A DNA stretch of 64,000 nucleotides, taken from positions 13,732,304 through 13,796,303 of the forward strand of contig CM082578.2 of the NCBI GenBank assembly GCA_040954595.2, written 5' to 3'. Shown here one piece after another: positions 1 through 14,700 of the stretch. The first letter of the stretch is position 1; each line of letters begins with the position of its first letter. Position numbers and translations under genes: made by a program. This stretch comes from Balanoglossus misakiensis (Eukaryota; Animalia; Hemichordata). Below the pieces are notes generated by a model. The model ran no database searches. It saw only the letters and a program-made list of their open reading frames with translations, and was not told the origin of the DNA.

Positions 1-2396
1 TAGACAATAGGCTACAGGCCCCACCCCCTCCTCCCAGTCAGCCCAATCCCTGTAGACAGAAGAAACACATATCAATCAATGTAAGAAAGCACAATATTTT
101 GAAAGTTATCCCCCTTGGCAAGACATGATAAAAGATTGCCAACAGGGGGTGTGGTAGTTTTCTGCCAGGAAGTATATCAATATGGCTATCTCTGTCACTG
201 CAATGTCTTGTTATGTTGTGCCTTATAGCTGCATTTCACACACTTCCTGTCAAATGTGAACAGACCACACAGATGTGAAGATAGCCCAACTGTCCCATTG
301 TGTGATGGAAAATGTACATTCAAAAGTTTGGCGTACATTAACCACTGTTTAACCCACTTCCCAGTTTTTGAATTTGTACTGAAAAACAAAACATGATCGA
401 GTAACCAAAGTCTACAAGATTGCTTGTGCATGGCACACATTTTCACATTACTCTAATTTTGGAATGCACACATACTCTTCCTTGTCTGAGAGTGACTCTG
501 GTGTGTCTACATCATAGTCTGGTTCCGCCTGCACACTCTCCCAATTCTTGCCAAGTTCAAGGTAGTTGATGACATAGAACTTGTCATAAGCTTTATTCTT
601 CGGGTTAATTCTCTTGTGTTGTTTTTTCCTCATGTGATCTTTTAAGGTCATCCAATCTGTGAAGGTCTTCTCACAGTACAAACATTGCAAACTATTGAAA
701 CAAACACAAAAATAATCACAAAATTATTTTTTTAGCTCTACAAATGGGGACATGGAAGACAGTCACATGACCATGTTTCTAGGTTGTTATTTTTTAGTGG
801 GTTAAATGTCAATGCTTATGTTGAATATTTTTTAAACCTGGTCACTTCACAAAGCAACTGCTTCTGGGTTGACAAAGATGGCAAAATAATACATGAGATT
901 TCAAAGCAGAAATTACTTTAATTTATTATCATCACAACTTATTCACTTACTTGCGAAGTTTCTCCTCAAGGATGTCCAAGAACTCGCTGGTAAACACTGA
1001 AAGAGAAAATTACCTTCAGTCTGCATTGATTAAAACAAAAAAATGTGAAAGTGTTGTGATATCATGTATCGGGTAGGTAATACATCTCTGAACAAATTCA
1101 GACAGCTCACATCTTTGCATGGAAGTGTTTTAAGACCCACCTAGGTTATCTGGCTGTCCGATGTTAAAGCCATGGTCATGAGCCATGTGGTTCAACAACT
1201 CAGCCCGGTTGACTTTGAAATTCTGTCGACAGAACAAACACTGTCTGCAGAATGAACTGTCTGTTCGTTCCTTCTGTTGGCATTCGAGCACCTTGTCCAG
1301 TCTTTTCCTTTGGATATATTCCCGGATCTGCTTGTCTTCAGGCAAAATGTCCGACAGGAGATAGTACTGTTCTCTTGGACCTGGGAGAAAATCCAAGCAA
1401 GGAAACCAGAAACAATATCTTTTGTGGTGAATGTGTGTCTGTCATTGTTGTTCTAATTTCATAAATTGTCACAGCCCCTCAATCACAACCGAGATTTCAA
1501 CAATGAATTCCTCACCTATGTTTGTAGGTTTTGAGTTGGTTTGTATTACACTACAAAAATTAGTGAGTGCAGGTTCTTGTTGAAATCTCTTCCTCCAGTA
1601 TTCAACATATCTGTGAGATGGAGAAAAGACAAGTTCATTCATTGAGGAAAATAAGTTTCACATAGTTTTCACAGAATTGGTTTAATAATAGTAATTATAT
1701 GTCTGTAGTCATCACTCCAAACCAATGGTGTTTTGTAAGTGTACTGTATGATGTTTATGGTTTACAGATAAATTCTTTATCATGATTGTGATTTCTTCAA
1801 CTACAACGTGCTGGAGAAAAGGCTCATGATGCAAGGGATAAGTGGGACATAAAAATTTAAAAGGGGACTATACTTACTTTTTGAGATCACAGATCAGTTT
1901 GATATCGGCAATAACTAGTTTGTGATCTGTAAATAAATGTTTCAAGAAATCGTTCTCCTGTCCAATCACATCAAACATCTCCTCACACAGCAAACACTTA
2001 GTGGTATGATTCTGCACCTGGTCACTGCCATCACCAGCACCTGACGCTCCAAGCAATAGTGGGTTTCCTGCTGAGCCTTCAGGGAAGGTTAATGGCTCAA
2101 GGACTGTGTTGTGATCTCTTTTGTCATCACCAGCTGAAATTGACAAAGAAATACACACAGTAATACATGTAATTTGGTTACAATACTGAATGTATACAGT
2201 GTACTATAATGAATTATCCAATAAACTCTCAGATGTATTAGTATAGTCTGCAATTTCTGCAAAACAATCGACTTTTCTCGTGTGTTATTTATTTTCTAGA
2301 TATTGACTGACCAACTGAACATGATATTTATGACACCTAATACCAATATGAACAAATAAAACTTGTGAATCACAAACCTCCAGAGTATTCCGCCAT
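1..2396 (-). CDS. ZNF277: Zinc finger protein 277 (C2H2), 3'-truncated by window edge
   Basis: In-frame GT-AG exons 2378-2396 (MAEYSG), 1878-2133, 1516-1610 (YVEYWRKRF), 1141-1380 (CRQCLFC..HMAHDHGFNIGQPDNL), 951-996, 476-691 (CLYCEKTFTDWMTLKDHMRKKQHKRINPKNKAYDKFYVINYLELGK), 1-49 (DWADWEE..YCL). These motifs are characteristic of ZNF277. Confidence 0.93.
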
Positions 2397-2797
2397 CTTC
2401 AAAGACAGAAACACTTCTGACAGACCCGGACTGTCCTATGGGGTACTAGACGAATCTTAATTAGGAGATGGGGTAGTGCTAGGCAAACATGCGCAAAAGT
2501 TTCGTTGAGAACTTTTATATTTTGCCATTTAGCTATTGAAAGACGTATAATGATGCAATTAAAATTTATTGATGGCCCTAAATTCGAAAAATATCACATT
2601 AATATGGCAGACATATTTTCCATAGTACACCCGTCTCACCGCCAACCATGCAACCCACCCCTTATACTTTTTAGTATGCTCCAAGTACCACCTGATTTTG
2701 AAAAGCAAAATGGCGGAGGCGTGTACGCAAAGTTAATAGTGTTGTGCTCGACTTCTAATGATATTTTCGTGTCATCCACGAAGAATTTTGCAAAGAA
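2397..2797. promoter_or_regulatory. Bidirectional promoter / 5' UTRs of ZNF277 and DOCK
   Basis: 401 bp between divergent ATGs. YY1-like motifs AAGATGGCGG (minus, 2390-2399, overlapping the ZNF277 ATG) and AAAATGGCGG (2707-2716). Locally CpG-richer than flanking gene bodies. Confidence 0.7.
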
Positions 2798-5700
2798 ATG
2801 TGGCGTCCGACGACGGATAAGAAGTACGGAGTTGGTAAGTAACGTTGTAAGTCTCTAACCGTCACACGATCGTGCTGCAGCATGTGCGGTTGTCAGCCGC
2901 CGATCACGATCACTGTGTTGTCGTACGACGATCACATCAACCAAAACAAAACGAACGTGCGTGTGTGTCATCATCAGAGAAAGGTGTGAATGGGGATAAT
3001 TACTAGTGAATTTTGACCACTGATGTTCCGTCAAAGAACCACGTGTGACCGTGGTCTGTCGACGTGTTAATGACTGGATCAGACGAACTTGTGAAAAACT
3101 AAGTGTAGTACACAATAAAAAGAATGTGCCGCTGCACAGATGCGAAAAATAGCCTGACTTCATCGTCAACAATGCACGCGTTTGTTCAGAATACATTATC
3201 GCTGTATTTAGCTGTCTAGTAATTTATATCGCAAAAGAGTATTCGTTGTAATGTCGAGAGGGAAACCGAATGCCTAAAAGAAGTTTTCATCATAACGGTG
3301 CCCCTCCCATGACACTGACATGGTTATAACCTTACACCGCACAGACATTGACAGAAATTGACAGGCGTTTTCAGAGATTGGTGTCCAAAAATTTCCGTAT
3401 GCAATGAGAGTTTGGCCGCAGGCAATTACATATCGGCATGCTCATCTTGTGGGGCAGTCGACAAAATCAACACTATCGGCACGTTATGCGTTATTTGATA
3501 TTGTAACCACGTCAGTCATCATGAAAAAAATAAAACTAGCATTTCTGTGATCAGTTTCTCAATCAGTATTATTGTAGTACTGTAGTACACGATTGTCTTC
3601 CCTAGTAGTAGTTGGAAAAATTTCCTGGTACTATTTTGGTAGTTTGTGTAACAATTTCAAGGAAAGAAGGTGTACATGTAGCTATCCGAAACAGAAACAT
3701 ACATTACATCAACAAAAACGTGATGAGTAGGGTGAATTTCCCAAATTATTTAAAATCTTAAACTCTGAGCAGCTTGTCCTAAGTGTAGTTCAAGGTGTTT
3801 GAGGTTGAATGACAAATTTGCGTTTGCTTTCCACCTTTTTACAATTAAAACTTGATCAAGCTGGTATATATCAGGGCTGGGGAACATTGATACTTTGGTG
3901 GTATTGCTCACTGATATGACCATTAGAATCGATATGATATACAGTAGGACAGAGTCCATCGAAAAGTACATGAAAACAATGACATATTTATGTTCTTTGA
4001 ACTCTACAATGTCAAGAAATCAACTGATGGTTTCCTGACGTTTATATAATTTACTCCAGTGGTCATTTTCACATGAAGTCTCGTGTCTTTAGTCAATTAT
4101 ATAGAGCTGAGGGAAAATACTGCATGTGATATGGAGAATGTCTGTGAGGCATTAGAGACAAGACTTGTCCAAACCATTTACTCACCAGTGCGTTACTAGA
4201 ACTTTTTTATGTGTTGTTTATTATTTGTGAGTTTTAAAGTCTTCATGTGTGTCAAAGGTGTTGTAAACATACCCCCCTTCAAAGCAAAATAAAAGGAATG
4301 TGTTCTGTTGGATGTTTTTCATTCAGAACATTCTGCTGTACTCAAGTCTCAAGGCTGTTTCCTTATTAAGTTTTAAAAGATTAAAATTTTAAAGGATTAC
4401 TCTGACTGTCTGAGGATAAAGAAGGTCTTTTTATATTCTGCTTTCTGCTCAAACAAGATAACAGTGGAAAAGATATCAAAAAACTGTCAGTTTGTGCCTG
4501 CAATATAATGTTGCAGGGGGAGACACTATTTGACCAATACAAATAGATGGAACCCAAGGCTTGAAGTTAAAATATTAACTCACATGACCTCTAGTAGGAA
4601 GTATCCTTAGGCTTAGCGTCTGTTTACACAGTGAAATGTAACCTTCCTGTCTTCATTGAAGTAATCATGACCTGCTTGCTTTGAGTCAGAGTTGAAATTT
4701 GCACACATGGCAATGATTTCATTTCCTATTCACGATATGTGATCATGTGCAACTGATGTGTTGGTTTGCTTTCTTGAATTTATAAAATTATAATTTTCCT
4801 TTAATACAGATACCATTATAACACTATGAATTCTAGGGTATGTTTGCTCCAAGAAAAATCCAAGAAGATCTATAATTTGAAAAGATTAATTGAAGTCTGT
4901 GTACAATGTATGCAGTATGACTTTCATTGATACAGTTCCTCAATAGGTCAGGTAGAAATCAGAAGTTCCAGTCTGTGCCAATCAGACGCTGATCTGCTAG
5001 CTGCATAAAATATGATGATGAGCCAAAGTCAGTGAATAAGTCTGATGTCTTCATCAGCATGATGGGACGTTGGACTCACTGAGCCTGTAATACATGTATG
5101 TTGTTGTAGATAGCTCTGCGTCAGATCTGTTGAAGTTTACAAAGATGTATACTAATCATTAGGTTTAGTAAAAAGTTGCTTTCTTAATTCTTATAAAATG
5201 TGTGCAGAATCATTTTGAACTTGAAGTGGCAACATTTTTTGTTTTCTTCATCAGACTCTCAGAGCCATTTGGCAGACATGCCTTCACTGATTTCATTTCA
5301 GCATGATTGCCTTCAGTGTTTTCTTAATATGTTAATCCAACAGGAACTTTGTCATTGAAAGTGCCTTTGTCATGGATAATCTAGACATGTATTCTCTGCT
5401 CTCTGAATAGGGAAGCAAATCTGACCAGCTCAGTGCGTGGTTCAAGTTCATTGTAAAAACTGTTTAACATCAGGCCCAATCTTGTGGAACACAAAACATT
5501 TGAATCAGAATGGTCTATGTCGGTTAGTTGGCCGTAGCAACAGTCATCTGTAGTATCTTGACAGCTTGTTTGTTTATCTTTATCTTAAGGAAGCTACTTC
5601 TGTGCAGGTACCTGTCCTCCAAAAGAAGGAAGTGACACAAATCTTTGTGTGTTTTGCACACAAAAGAACCAGGAACACATAATATAAATAACTCCAAGTG

Positions 5701-8700
5701 ATGGATGACCTCGAAGAGATCTGGACGATAGAGATATTCAATGAATTTTTAGCAAAGATGGCTGCTAGTTCCTGTTGGACTTTCCTGTAACATAAGTCAT
5801 AAGTGTTAGCTTCTGATCTCTGTTACCCAGAGACGAGCCATGGTTCAATTACTGATAAAAAAGTTGGGAAGAGAAGTAATCACTGAGAAAAAATTCCAGT
5901 TTGAGTTTTAATGTTAACTTTTCATTACTATAGAAATGAATCATCTGGAAATTTAAAAAATGACTTGAAACAAGTAAAAACTTTGTAGCTGTTTATAAAT
6001 TATATTGTAAAACAGTTGGTACTCGTAGTCTTATGAAAGCCACAAGAAATTGACACGGCAGTGCAGGTCACATTTCAAGACGTTTTATTGAGTGAAATGA
6101 CAATAATGAGACATTATGATTATATAACATTATAGTTGGACATTTCTTTGCCTCTATAAATTCATTCTGAGTCTTTTAAATAGGTTGTCATGGCACTAGT
6201 AAGGGTAGAAAACATAGGCGATGTTTGCTTGTGCATTCTACTGAAACAGGTGCATTGTATTATGGTTGCTCTTTGGTCCTGAGGTACACATTAGTGCAAG
6301 GTACACACAAGCTGTGTCAATTGATCACCAAAGATCACCGGTATATCATCATTTAGTCAATTTACTGTTTGGCAAGATGTACCTGTAGAGAACAAAGTGC
6401 TTTTAGAAATAGTCTATGACAGACAGTCAGGGAAAAAGATATTCCATCATCAAAATTTTGTTTGTTTTTCCAGACTTTAATAAGCTTTAGATGTTTTGAA
6501 TGGATATTGTAAATCTTTGCATAGAAGTTGAAATGATCATTTTCATGCATTTCCTTTATACATGTACAATGTACTAATCATGTTATTTACATGTATAAAA
6601 ATAGGATGACAGTAGTGCTGTGATAACAGTCATTTCCTGAAACCAAAGTAACCACAACAATGTCAAAAGACCCTCTGGTGACTTGCCCTTGAGCGCCAAT
6701 GCTGAATGTATAGTGTCAGTTAACAGTCAACCTTGGTATTGAGAGTGGAACGTTGATATAAAACTAGTATAGAAACTGAAATACTTGAAAGGGAATACCA
6801 TTGAGATGATCTGATCACTGAATGAGAAGATTACCGATATCGGATGAATGTTGATAAACTTAGGTGATACATACCGGAAATTAGATTGCTACTTTCGAAT
6901 CTGTTTGAGATATTATTGTCCATTAACACCATTAGTCAGATATATTATATTGAAATGGGGAAATAGAAAATGCAAACATGATTAAGATGAGCATGAGGAT
7001 ATCCTATTGGTTTCAGATGTGTTGATGGTAAAGTTAGTGCTGTTGTGTTTAGTGCACACGTTTCCAGTCATCACTGAGCATCTGTGCGTAGCGACTATCA
7101 AAATGACAACACATTCAGCTGAATTCTACGTGAAAGACCAACCATAGATCTCACAATAATACAGTGGCAGTCGTGTTCCAGTGTTGCCTTGCATTCCATC
7201 TCCCTGGTGAATGATCAAACAAAATGATGGACATAGCACATGGCTTTCCTTTCATTGATGAAGAAAGAAATCAGTCTATATATTTAATACTCTAAACTCT
7301 CTGTAGCATTTCATGACATTGTTACTCAGCGCTTAATAGTCACATTACTACATCTGGCATGACACACCAATACAATTTGTCAGACAGTGTAATCCTTTTT
7401 GCTTGTGTAGCTTTGAACTGTGATTCAAAGTTCTTCACTGTTACCATTCATTGGATGCAGAAATCATTGCAAACGGACATCTGTTCATTCAATCATTGTG
7501 ACACACTTCATGTAAAGTATATGGTGGAAATCAAAGGAAATGGGCGTTGTAATCCTTGTTGGCTATATTTTGTCTACTACTCATGGAGTCTTATCATGTA
7601 GACATTGAGTCTCAATGACAAAGTTACTACAACTCGTACAAGGCCAACTTGTTATGTACTTCACACACATAGCAATCTGCAAAACAAATGAGGCCATTCT
7701 ATTTCAGCTTCCTTCTTGTACATGGCATGTGATCAGGTTACTGTAAAGGCCAATGGACATTGTTATTTTGATTTATAAGCTCGTATAAATAGAAGTACAG
7801 GTCACATAATGAGGTCACCCCAAGTGATTATGCTTCCGTCTTTAAAAAAAATGAAAGTCTTCCTAATAAAGACATCCACGCAGCATTGCAGTGAATATTC
7901 CAGGGACTGATTTAATGTACATTTGGTAAAATCTCAGTAATTGACTAAAAATATGATAGTTGTCAAAATGAATTAAACTGAGATTTATTTGACGTGTGTC
8001 TGTAGCCATCAGCATATCACACTAGAATAATTCAGTTTATCTATTTCAGTCAAATAAACTTGTACTGAGATATGTCTTCCAGTTGTTGCTAACACCATGA
8101 TGGGGCGGATGTCCAAGTCCAGAACGTACTGTGGTTTGTCTGTGTGGTATTCATTGAATCTGCAGTGAAGTGCACAGATATAAGCAGCTTTTGAAAGTCT
8201 AGCCTTCTCTGACAAGCACTGCAATCACTATAAACAGTATCGAAATGTGTGACATGCACAAATCTGATATGCAAAGAAAAATACTTAAAGTGTAAAAATA
8301 AAACAACCAAAGTGACCCAGCTGGAATGAAGTAAACCAGTTATCCAATTCCAATGTTGCTATCTATAGTATGGTGTAATTATGAATGAATGTGATTTGAT
8401 GAACGTTGAACACCAGGACATGGAGAGGTCAAATATTCAACCTTCTTGTTTGCGGTGGGGAGATAGAGGTGATGTCTTCTGGAACCAGTTAGTTTATTTT
8501 AGGTCTTGGCTTCGATCTTAAATTAACCGCTGATGCTGGTATCATAATTGGTCTAAAGATATGAAATATTGAGCTCCCTTTCGGAAAGTTTGTATACATT
8601 ATGGATTTTATCATTTTGGATTTTGGCGAAATAAAGTACAAGTCTCTCAGTAGAACTCTACATTTGTTTGCATAGCAATGCATCATCCCATGAGAACGGC

Positions 8701-11700
8701 TTTTTGATGGGGAAAGATTTTTTCACATAAAGTTTTCGAAGCCAGGAGATAAACACATGTAAAATTTCTAGATTTGATGCTTGAATCTTTGTCATTGCCT
8801 GAACCTTCCATCCCAAGTCGTCCCTTCCTGTAAAAGTGACATATGTATAGGTAAATGTCTGATAGGTCAAAGACCTTGTCAGCTTTACAGAACTACATTT
8901 TCACCCCATCATCTCACTCATTACAAGGATGAGGACGACCAAAAAACTTTCATCTTAGATTTTGATTGATGTCATCGCTGAAAGATGCTGAGTATGTCAT
9001 ATAGTCGTCTGATGTGTTCTTTATGTTTGAACATGAAACCAAACACTGCTTGGATGGTGTCATGTTCTCTGCGTATGCTGTGTTAATGGGCTGACTCACC
9101 CTGGACAGGTTGATGTATAGTAATCTGCGTCTTAGAATTTAAACTGTGTCAGAATAATACGGATTTGCTTTTTATAGCAGAAATGACTAAAAAAAGTGAG
9201 AAAGGGTGAAAAAGATGACACATGATTTAAAGGTCATTGACCTCTTGTTAGTTGTGCGTGATTTACAAACAGGGTTCGGCACCCCATCCATTAGTGCAGA
9301 CATATATTTACATGATTTGTATGGAACATGTGCTAGCATTTGACCCAAGGAATCGCATGGCAACAAAAGCTGCATTCAGGGAAGAATTTTATCTCTGCTT
9401 GAAAATAAACATTCCCACTGCTCAACTGACATGCCCTTTTGTCTCTTAAGTATGGTCATATAAATATTGTCTGGCCATTAATTGGAGATAAAATGGCTGA
9501 TAGCCTGACCATGCTGTTGTTGATGGTGGTATTGGTGATGCTATGGTAAATTGTGTGATGTCATTGGTACAGGGTCTGACTCATCACTACCAGGTTTAGT
9601 CTTTGTTGTGAGTTGTATTTTACAAGGGTCAAATATTGTACCCGGAACTAACGCTTTGTAGCTAAGAAACAAGTTCCATTGCAAAGGGCGTAAAGCTGGT
9701 GTTGTATCATACTATCACCATCTGTTACATCATTGCATAAGCAGCATTCATCATAAAGCAATTATATTTATAGTGTGTTAATTATGAGTATCATCATAAT
9801 TTGGTAGCACCCAAAGATAAGTATCAAACCATGGATGTTTTTAGAAGATGAATTAATAATTTTCAATAGTGTACACTGGGTTTCTGTTTGTGTTTTTCAT
9901 CACTGTACCGAACTGGTGAATTCTATGGTCTGATTGTCCAGGCATAAACTTATCATTAAAATCTGGTGGAGTTGGGCGTATTCCTCATAAACTTTGCCTT
10001 CAAAAGGAATGATCAATCTGTTGTTTAGGTTAGATGTAGTGTGACCTCAATTGACCTATGGACTCCCAGGGGTGCAGTAATTGTGAAGTTTCGATCCATC
10101 TTCATTCCACTACTGGAGATTTCATTGGAAATAACGTAACATGAGGAAATCGAATATTGGAAATTTACAAACTTTATATAAAGAAGTTTATGGTATTGTC
10201 AGTAGTGAGTAGGCTTTACTAGGGTTGGCATTGACAAAAACTTTTGTTAGAACAGACAGTCTGTGCCCTAATCAATCTCTGTCAAACCCAAGCAACTTTC
10301 TGTAAACAATAATAAACAAGTATAAGCCACACAAACACATTTCAAGATCATAATCTATTACCTTACATGTTTGTATAGCCATTTGTGGTTTTATGTGATT
10401 GCTACTGGTTTTGAAAATTGCCTACTGAAGCAGGATGTGCCATCAGAGATCCAAAAGGATGTAAAAAAAAATACTTTGGCTTTTCAGGTTCCCTTTACAT
10501 TCCAGTGAATTAAGATTTAAAGAATAGTCCTAAGAAGATTGGGTGCTACAAAGACCAGGAAGTACCGGGTTCAATGATTCCTCCCCTATTCCAGGCACTC
10601 AGTAAAGTTGACTAGAAACATAACACTTAACGGCAAATAAACCTAGTGTGTGCCTTGGAGAGAAAAGGATGAGATTTAAGTTTACTTCAACAAATACTTG
10701 AATGTACTATTAAAATGAGGTGTATGGCGAGATACATGTATTGTCATTTACCATATTTTCACTGTCTTTATATCTTGCAGTCATTTACAGTTTTGATGGA
10801 AGTGGTGTCGAGCACGGTTTGACATTAGAAATTGGAGAAACTGTGCAAATACTTGAAGAAGATGAACAAGGTAAGAACATAGATCAGACAGAAAACCGGC
10901 CCAGAAAACATGTGTGACATCGAAGAATAAGTTGGTTTAGAATTGGAGCCACAAACGGGGAAAACCTTACTGACAAGTTTAACTGATAAGAAGACAGATA
11001 TAAGACACCAGTCTAGCGAGTTTGACCCGAGGTTGATTATCTCTTCCTCTATAGGCCTGCTGTGACACATACCAACGCATGTACACCCACATGTCTGCCA
11101 TGTTTCCAATTCATACACGTTCGGTCGTGTCACTGTCAACTTGTATGTGGCATAACACAGACACTGCTGACACTAACTGCAGCCATTGTGAATGAATCCA
11201 TCACAGGGTTATCAAAAGGAGCTTATTCAATATTGAATGTCTTTCTTTACATTGTTATCCAGTGCAGACATTGAGTTGACATTTCCCAGTATGTCTGTCA
11301 GCCATGGGTAGCGCATTTTTCCCTCTGCTTTCGTTGCAAGGCTTTGAAGTCTGCAAAACTTGTGTACGATGCCATAGTTCTAATATTTCATCCATGAGTA
11401 ATGTATACATTGGTAGTTTTAAGTGGTAAAATACATGTGACACGCACAGCTGTGAAGCAGTCTGTTACAGTATGTAAGGAAACTATGACAAGGGAATTTC
11501 TCAAAACACATTGTGCATAATCCCCTGCCAGGCCAGTTTTCTGAAATCTGAATTTGCAAGTGCTGTGACACATGCTTAGTCAAAGCTGCCCATCAGCTCT
11601 TATAATTATATTCAGACAGCTACACACAGTATAAGGTATCCAGATTCCATATCAAGGTGACAAAAATAAATTCCCAATGTAATCATGCCACTATAAATAT

Positions 11701-14700
11701 AGTTACTCTAAACATTTGTGAACTGTGCTTTGCTCTGTGTGGTCTCAACTCAAGCAGAAAATTGAATGCCAGAATATCAAGTATTCGATGTTATTATTAA
11801 TGTAAAATATGCAAGGAGGTGCCACTGCCCTCAATTATTAAACTTATCTTGATTTCACTTTTAAAATCTGTCTTTGTGACTTCTTTTGTAGGTTGGCTGC
11901 GAGGATTTTCAACCAGACATAAGAATTTGAAGGTACCCACATATTTTTGTCTTTGTCAAATTGGGTAAAACTAATAATACAAGAAAATGTCTGTATGTTT
12001 GTGTTGCGGCATGCAACTTGCAAGTGAATTAAAGTTTCCATTCCGTTTGAATAGAGAGTAGAATTATCATGACATCTTAGTCGTGAATCAAACTGCAGTT
12101 TTGGTGGTGGGGGGCTCAAAGAACCTGATAACACCCATCTAAATTCAAGACTAGTTTCCTAAGTACATGTAGAGTTTCCAAACAAGTGGAAAGATATATT
12201 ACAGAAAGGAGTGAGATAGTGGTTAGAAATAGAAGTGCAACATACTAAATAAATCAGTGGCCGTCTTAGGTCTTGGCTCTTCACATGTCTGAGATTGTGA
12301 GTCAAATTTTGATGAAAATTAACAATTAATACTGACTCAAGTAGGGTGGAGTTGTCTGTAGTTTACATTTTCATAATTTTTTTGCCAAGGTAATGTTGAA
12401 GACATATGCTACCAAATTATGTAAGCTTGGAATGTTGTGTTTGGAATTTTAATTTGATACGATTGCCTCTCACACTGTATGCCATGACTGACCCTACCAT
12501 CACCTCATTTGTACAATAAAACAATTCAGTCTATTTAAAGTCCACTTTATAGCTCTGAAGGAGTTTTCTGTCCAATGTCCTTGACAAATAATTGACTGTG
12601 GAGACAGACATAGAATATCAAATGTCTATAACCTCTTGGGATATAATGACTTGCATTCAACTAGCAAACTCTCTTGTAATTTTAGTATTGCTAACAGTAT
12701 CCCCCTTCAATCAAACATACTAACAAAAAGAAGTTCAGTGAAGTCAATGAAATGTAGTGTGCAGTGAGTCTTATTTTCTGTTGAGTTCATAAAATATTAA
12801 TATTTGTCAAATATACATATTATTGTATTTTCTTACAGGGCATATTCCCAGCTTCATACATTCATTTGAAGAAATGTCAGGTTGATAATAAAGGGTGAGT
12901 GATATAATATCCAGATCTAATTTCAAAACTCCTAAACTAGCAATTACCACCATGTACACACACACATACACACATTTCAACTGTGTAAATTATAATTCAT
13001 ATGTGCTGTATTTTCTGCCATGGCTATAGCAGAAAAAAAAACTTAGCCAGACAAAAAACCTGACTGACAATTGTCTATTGAGGAACTATAAGGAATGCTA
13101 CAATATGTAAATGGCTAAATGGTGGACTCATTGTATTTAAATATGCTATAGAAATGCTTAAACTCGAAATGGTGGGCATTGCTATATAAACCTGATAACA
13201 TTACCACCATAATATTTTATGAGACAGTAAACCAAGATACCCGACACTTGATCTTCTACAATTTAATAGTTTGCACCTTAAAAGTTAAATGTGCCATTTT
13301 GATGCACTACATGTATTTACTTGTAGAGAACATAGAAAAAGAACTTTCTGGGGTTCTTTTCATATGTTGTGATCTTTGTTCTCTGAGTAGAGTGTAACCA
13401 TAGCTGCAGTTGTATTGTTGACATCCATGGTGACATTCCATTGGTGATTTTTAATGCGATATATCTTTACAGCCTGTTTAAGTCAAAGTGTGACTGTTTT
13501 AAGTTTAATTTACCTTCATGCCATATTGTCAGAAAGTTCCCCTTTCTTGTCTTGTCTATTCCACTGAAAAGACCATGCTTCATTCGCAAGAATGACAAAG
13601 CTGCATGTATATTCCCATGATAGATGCCTGTTTTAACATCATATGTTAAATATCTATCTGTGGCTTCCATAAATTTTATGAACATAGAAAGCAAACAAGC
13701 TATAAGAATTTGATCACACCCTATCATACATATTATGCCTTACTTAAATACGAAACCACTTGCTGTATACTATGATATGAGTGCAATGTATATATGTATG
13801 CATGCTGGTGTGTGAATATGACAGATATAAGTTCTGAGTCTCAAAGTCTATGTTTTCCATAATTTGTTATCCCCACCCATTCTCAGGCCACAGTTTATCT
13901 GCATTCTAACCTTGACCATGTTCACTTGAAAATTTGCTTTTATCAACAGTCAATATGAAACAGTGACCCCTGTGGAAGAAACCATTGCCAGGGAGGTAAC
14001 ATCAGTTCTGAGGGAATGGGGAGCAATTTGGAAACAGTATTACCTTGTGAGTGTGTTTTTTTCTTGTGTTGGTATTTATATAATTGGACCAATATTTGAA
14101 ATATATGTTGAAAGATACCATATTGAATTGTACCGGTATATGGTTTAATTGAGAAGCAAGAATGTTATTATCATGTTGATAATTTCTATTTGATATAAAT
14201 TGATGACCAACTCATCCTTGGTAGCAATCATAACACTCAACATTTGTTGCTATGCCACACAAGTACACTTTGTCCTATAGAAACAAAACAAAGTTTTGTA
14301 CAATGCAGGTTGTTTGGGAACAGAGTCCAAATTGCCACAAACACTCTGTCAACTATTTGGAAAATCTGAATTTATTGATTTTCTTGAGAAGAAATGGTCA
14401 TAGCAACCGAAGAAGGTTCCTTCTCAGAATGATTCCCTACAAATTTGAATGTTGCAAAGAATGAAAAAACTTAAGAGACTGTGACAGCTCTTGTGAGAAA
14501 TGTGTTCTTTAGACTGAAGCTTACCAATACCATAATTCAGTCACCCCATTTCCCTGTTCAAAGGTGCAACAGAACCATTGTGAATAAGGGTCACAGGATT
14601 TGGCCCGAGAAGAACTACTGAAATATTTCGCATTTTTGTTACAAACTTTGTGAAGCATAACAAAATTATAAATTTTTATCAAGTTTAGATTCTTTGTGAC

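Noticed and set aside
2505-3196. ORFs of 117 aa (+) and 113 aa (-) around the DOCK first exon
   Set aside because: No recognisable motifs. They overlap the promoter and the true DOCK exon 1 in other frames.
10535-10670. Possible tRNA-derived SINE remnant (CCGGGTTCAAT B-box-like)
   Set aside because: No clear A box, cloverleaf or target duplication. Too degenerate to call.
2835-10780. Possible nested gene or ncRNA in the 7.9-kb DOCK intron 1
   Set aside because: Only short ORFs without motifs. No consistent exon chain, tRNA or snoRNA structure could be supported by eye.
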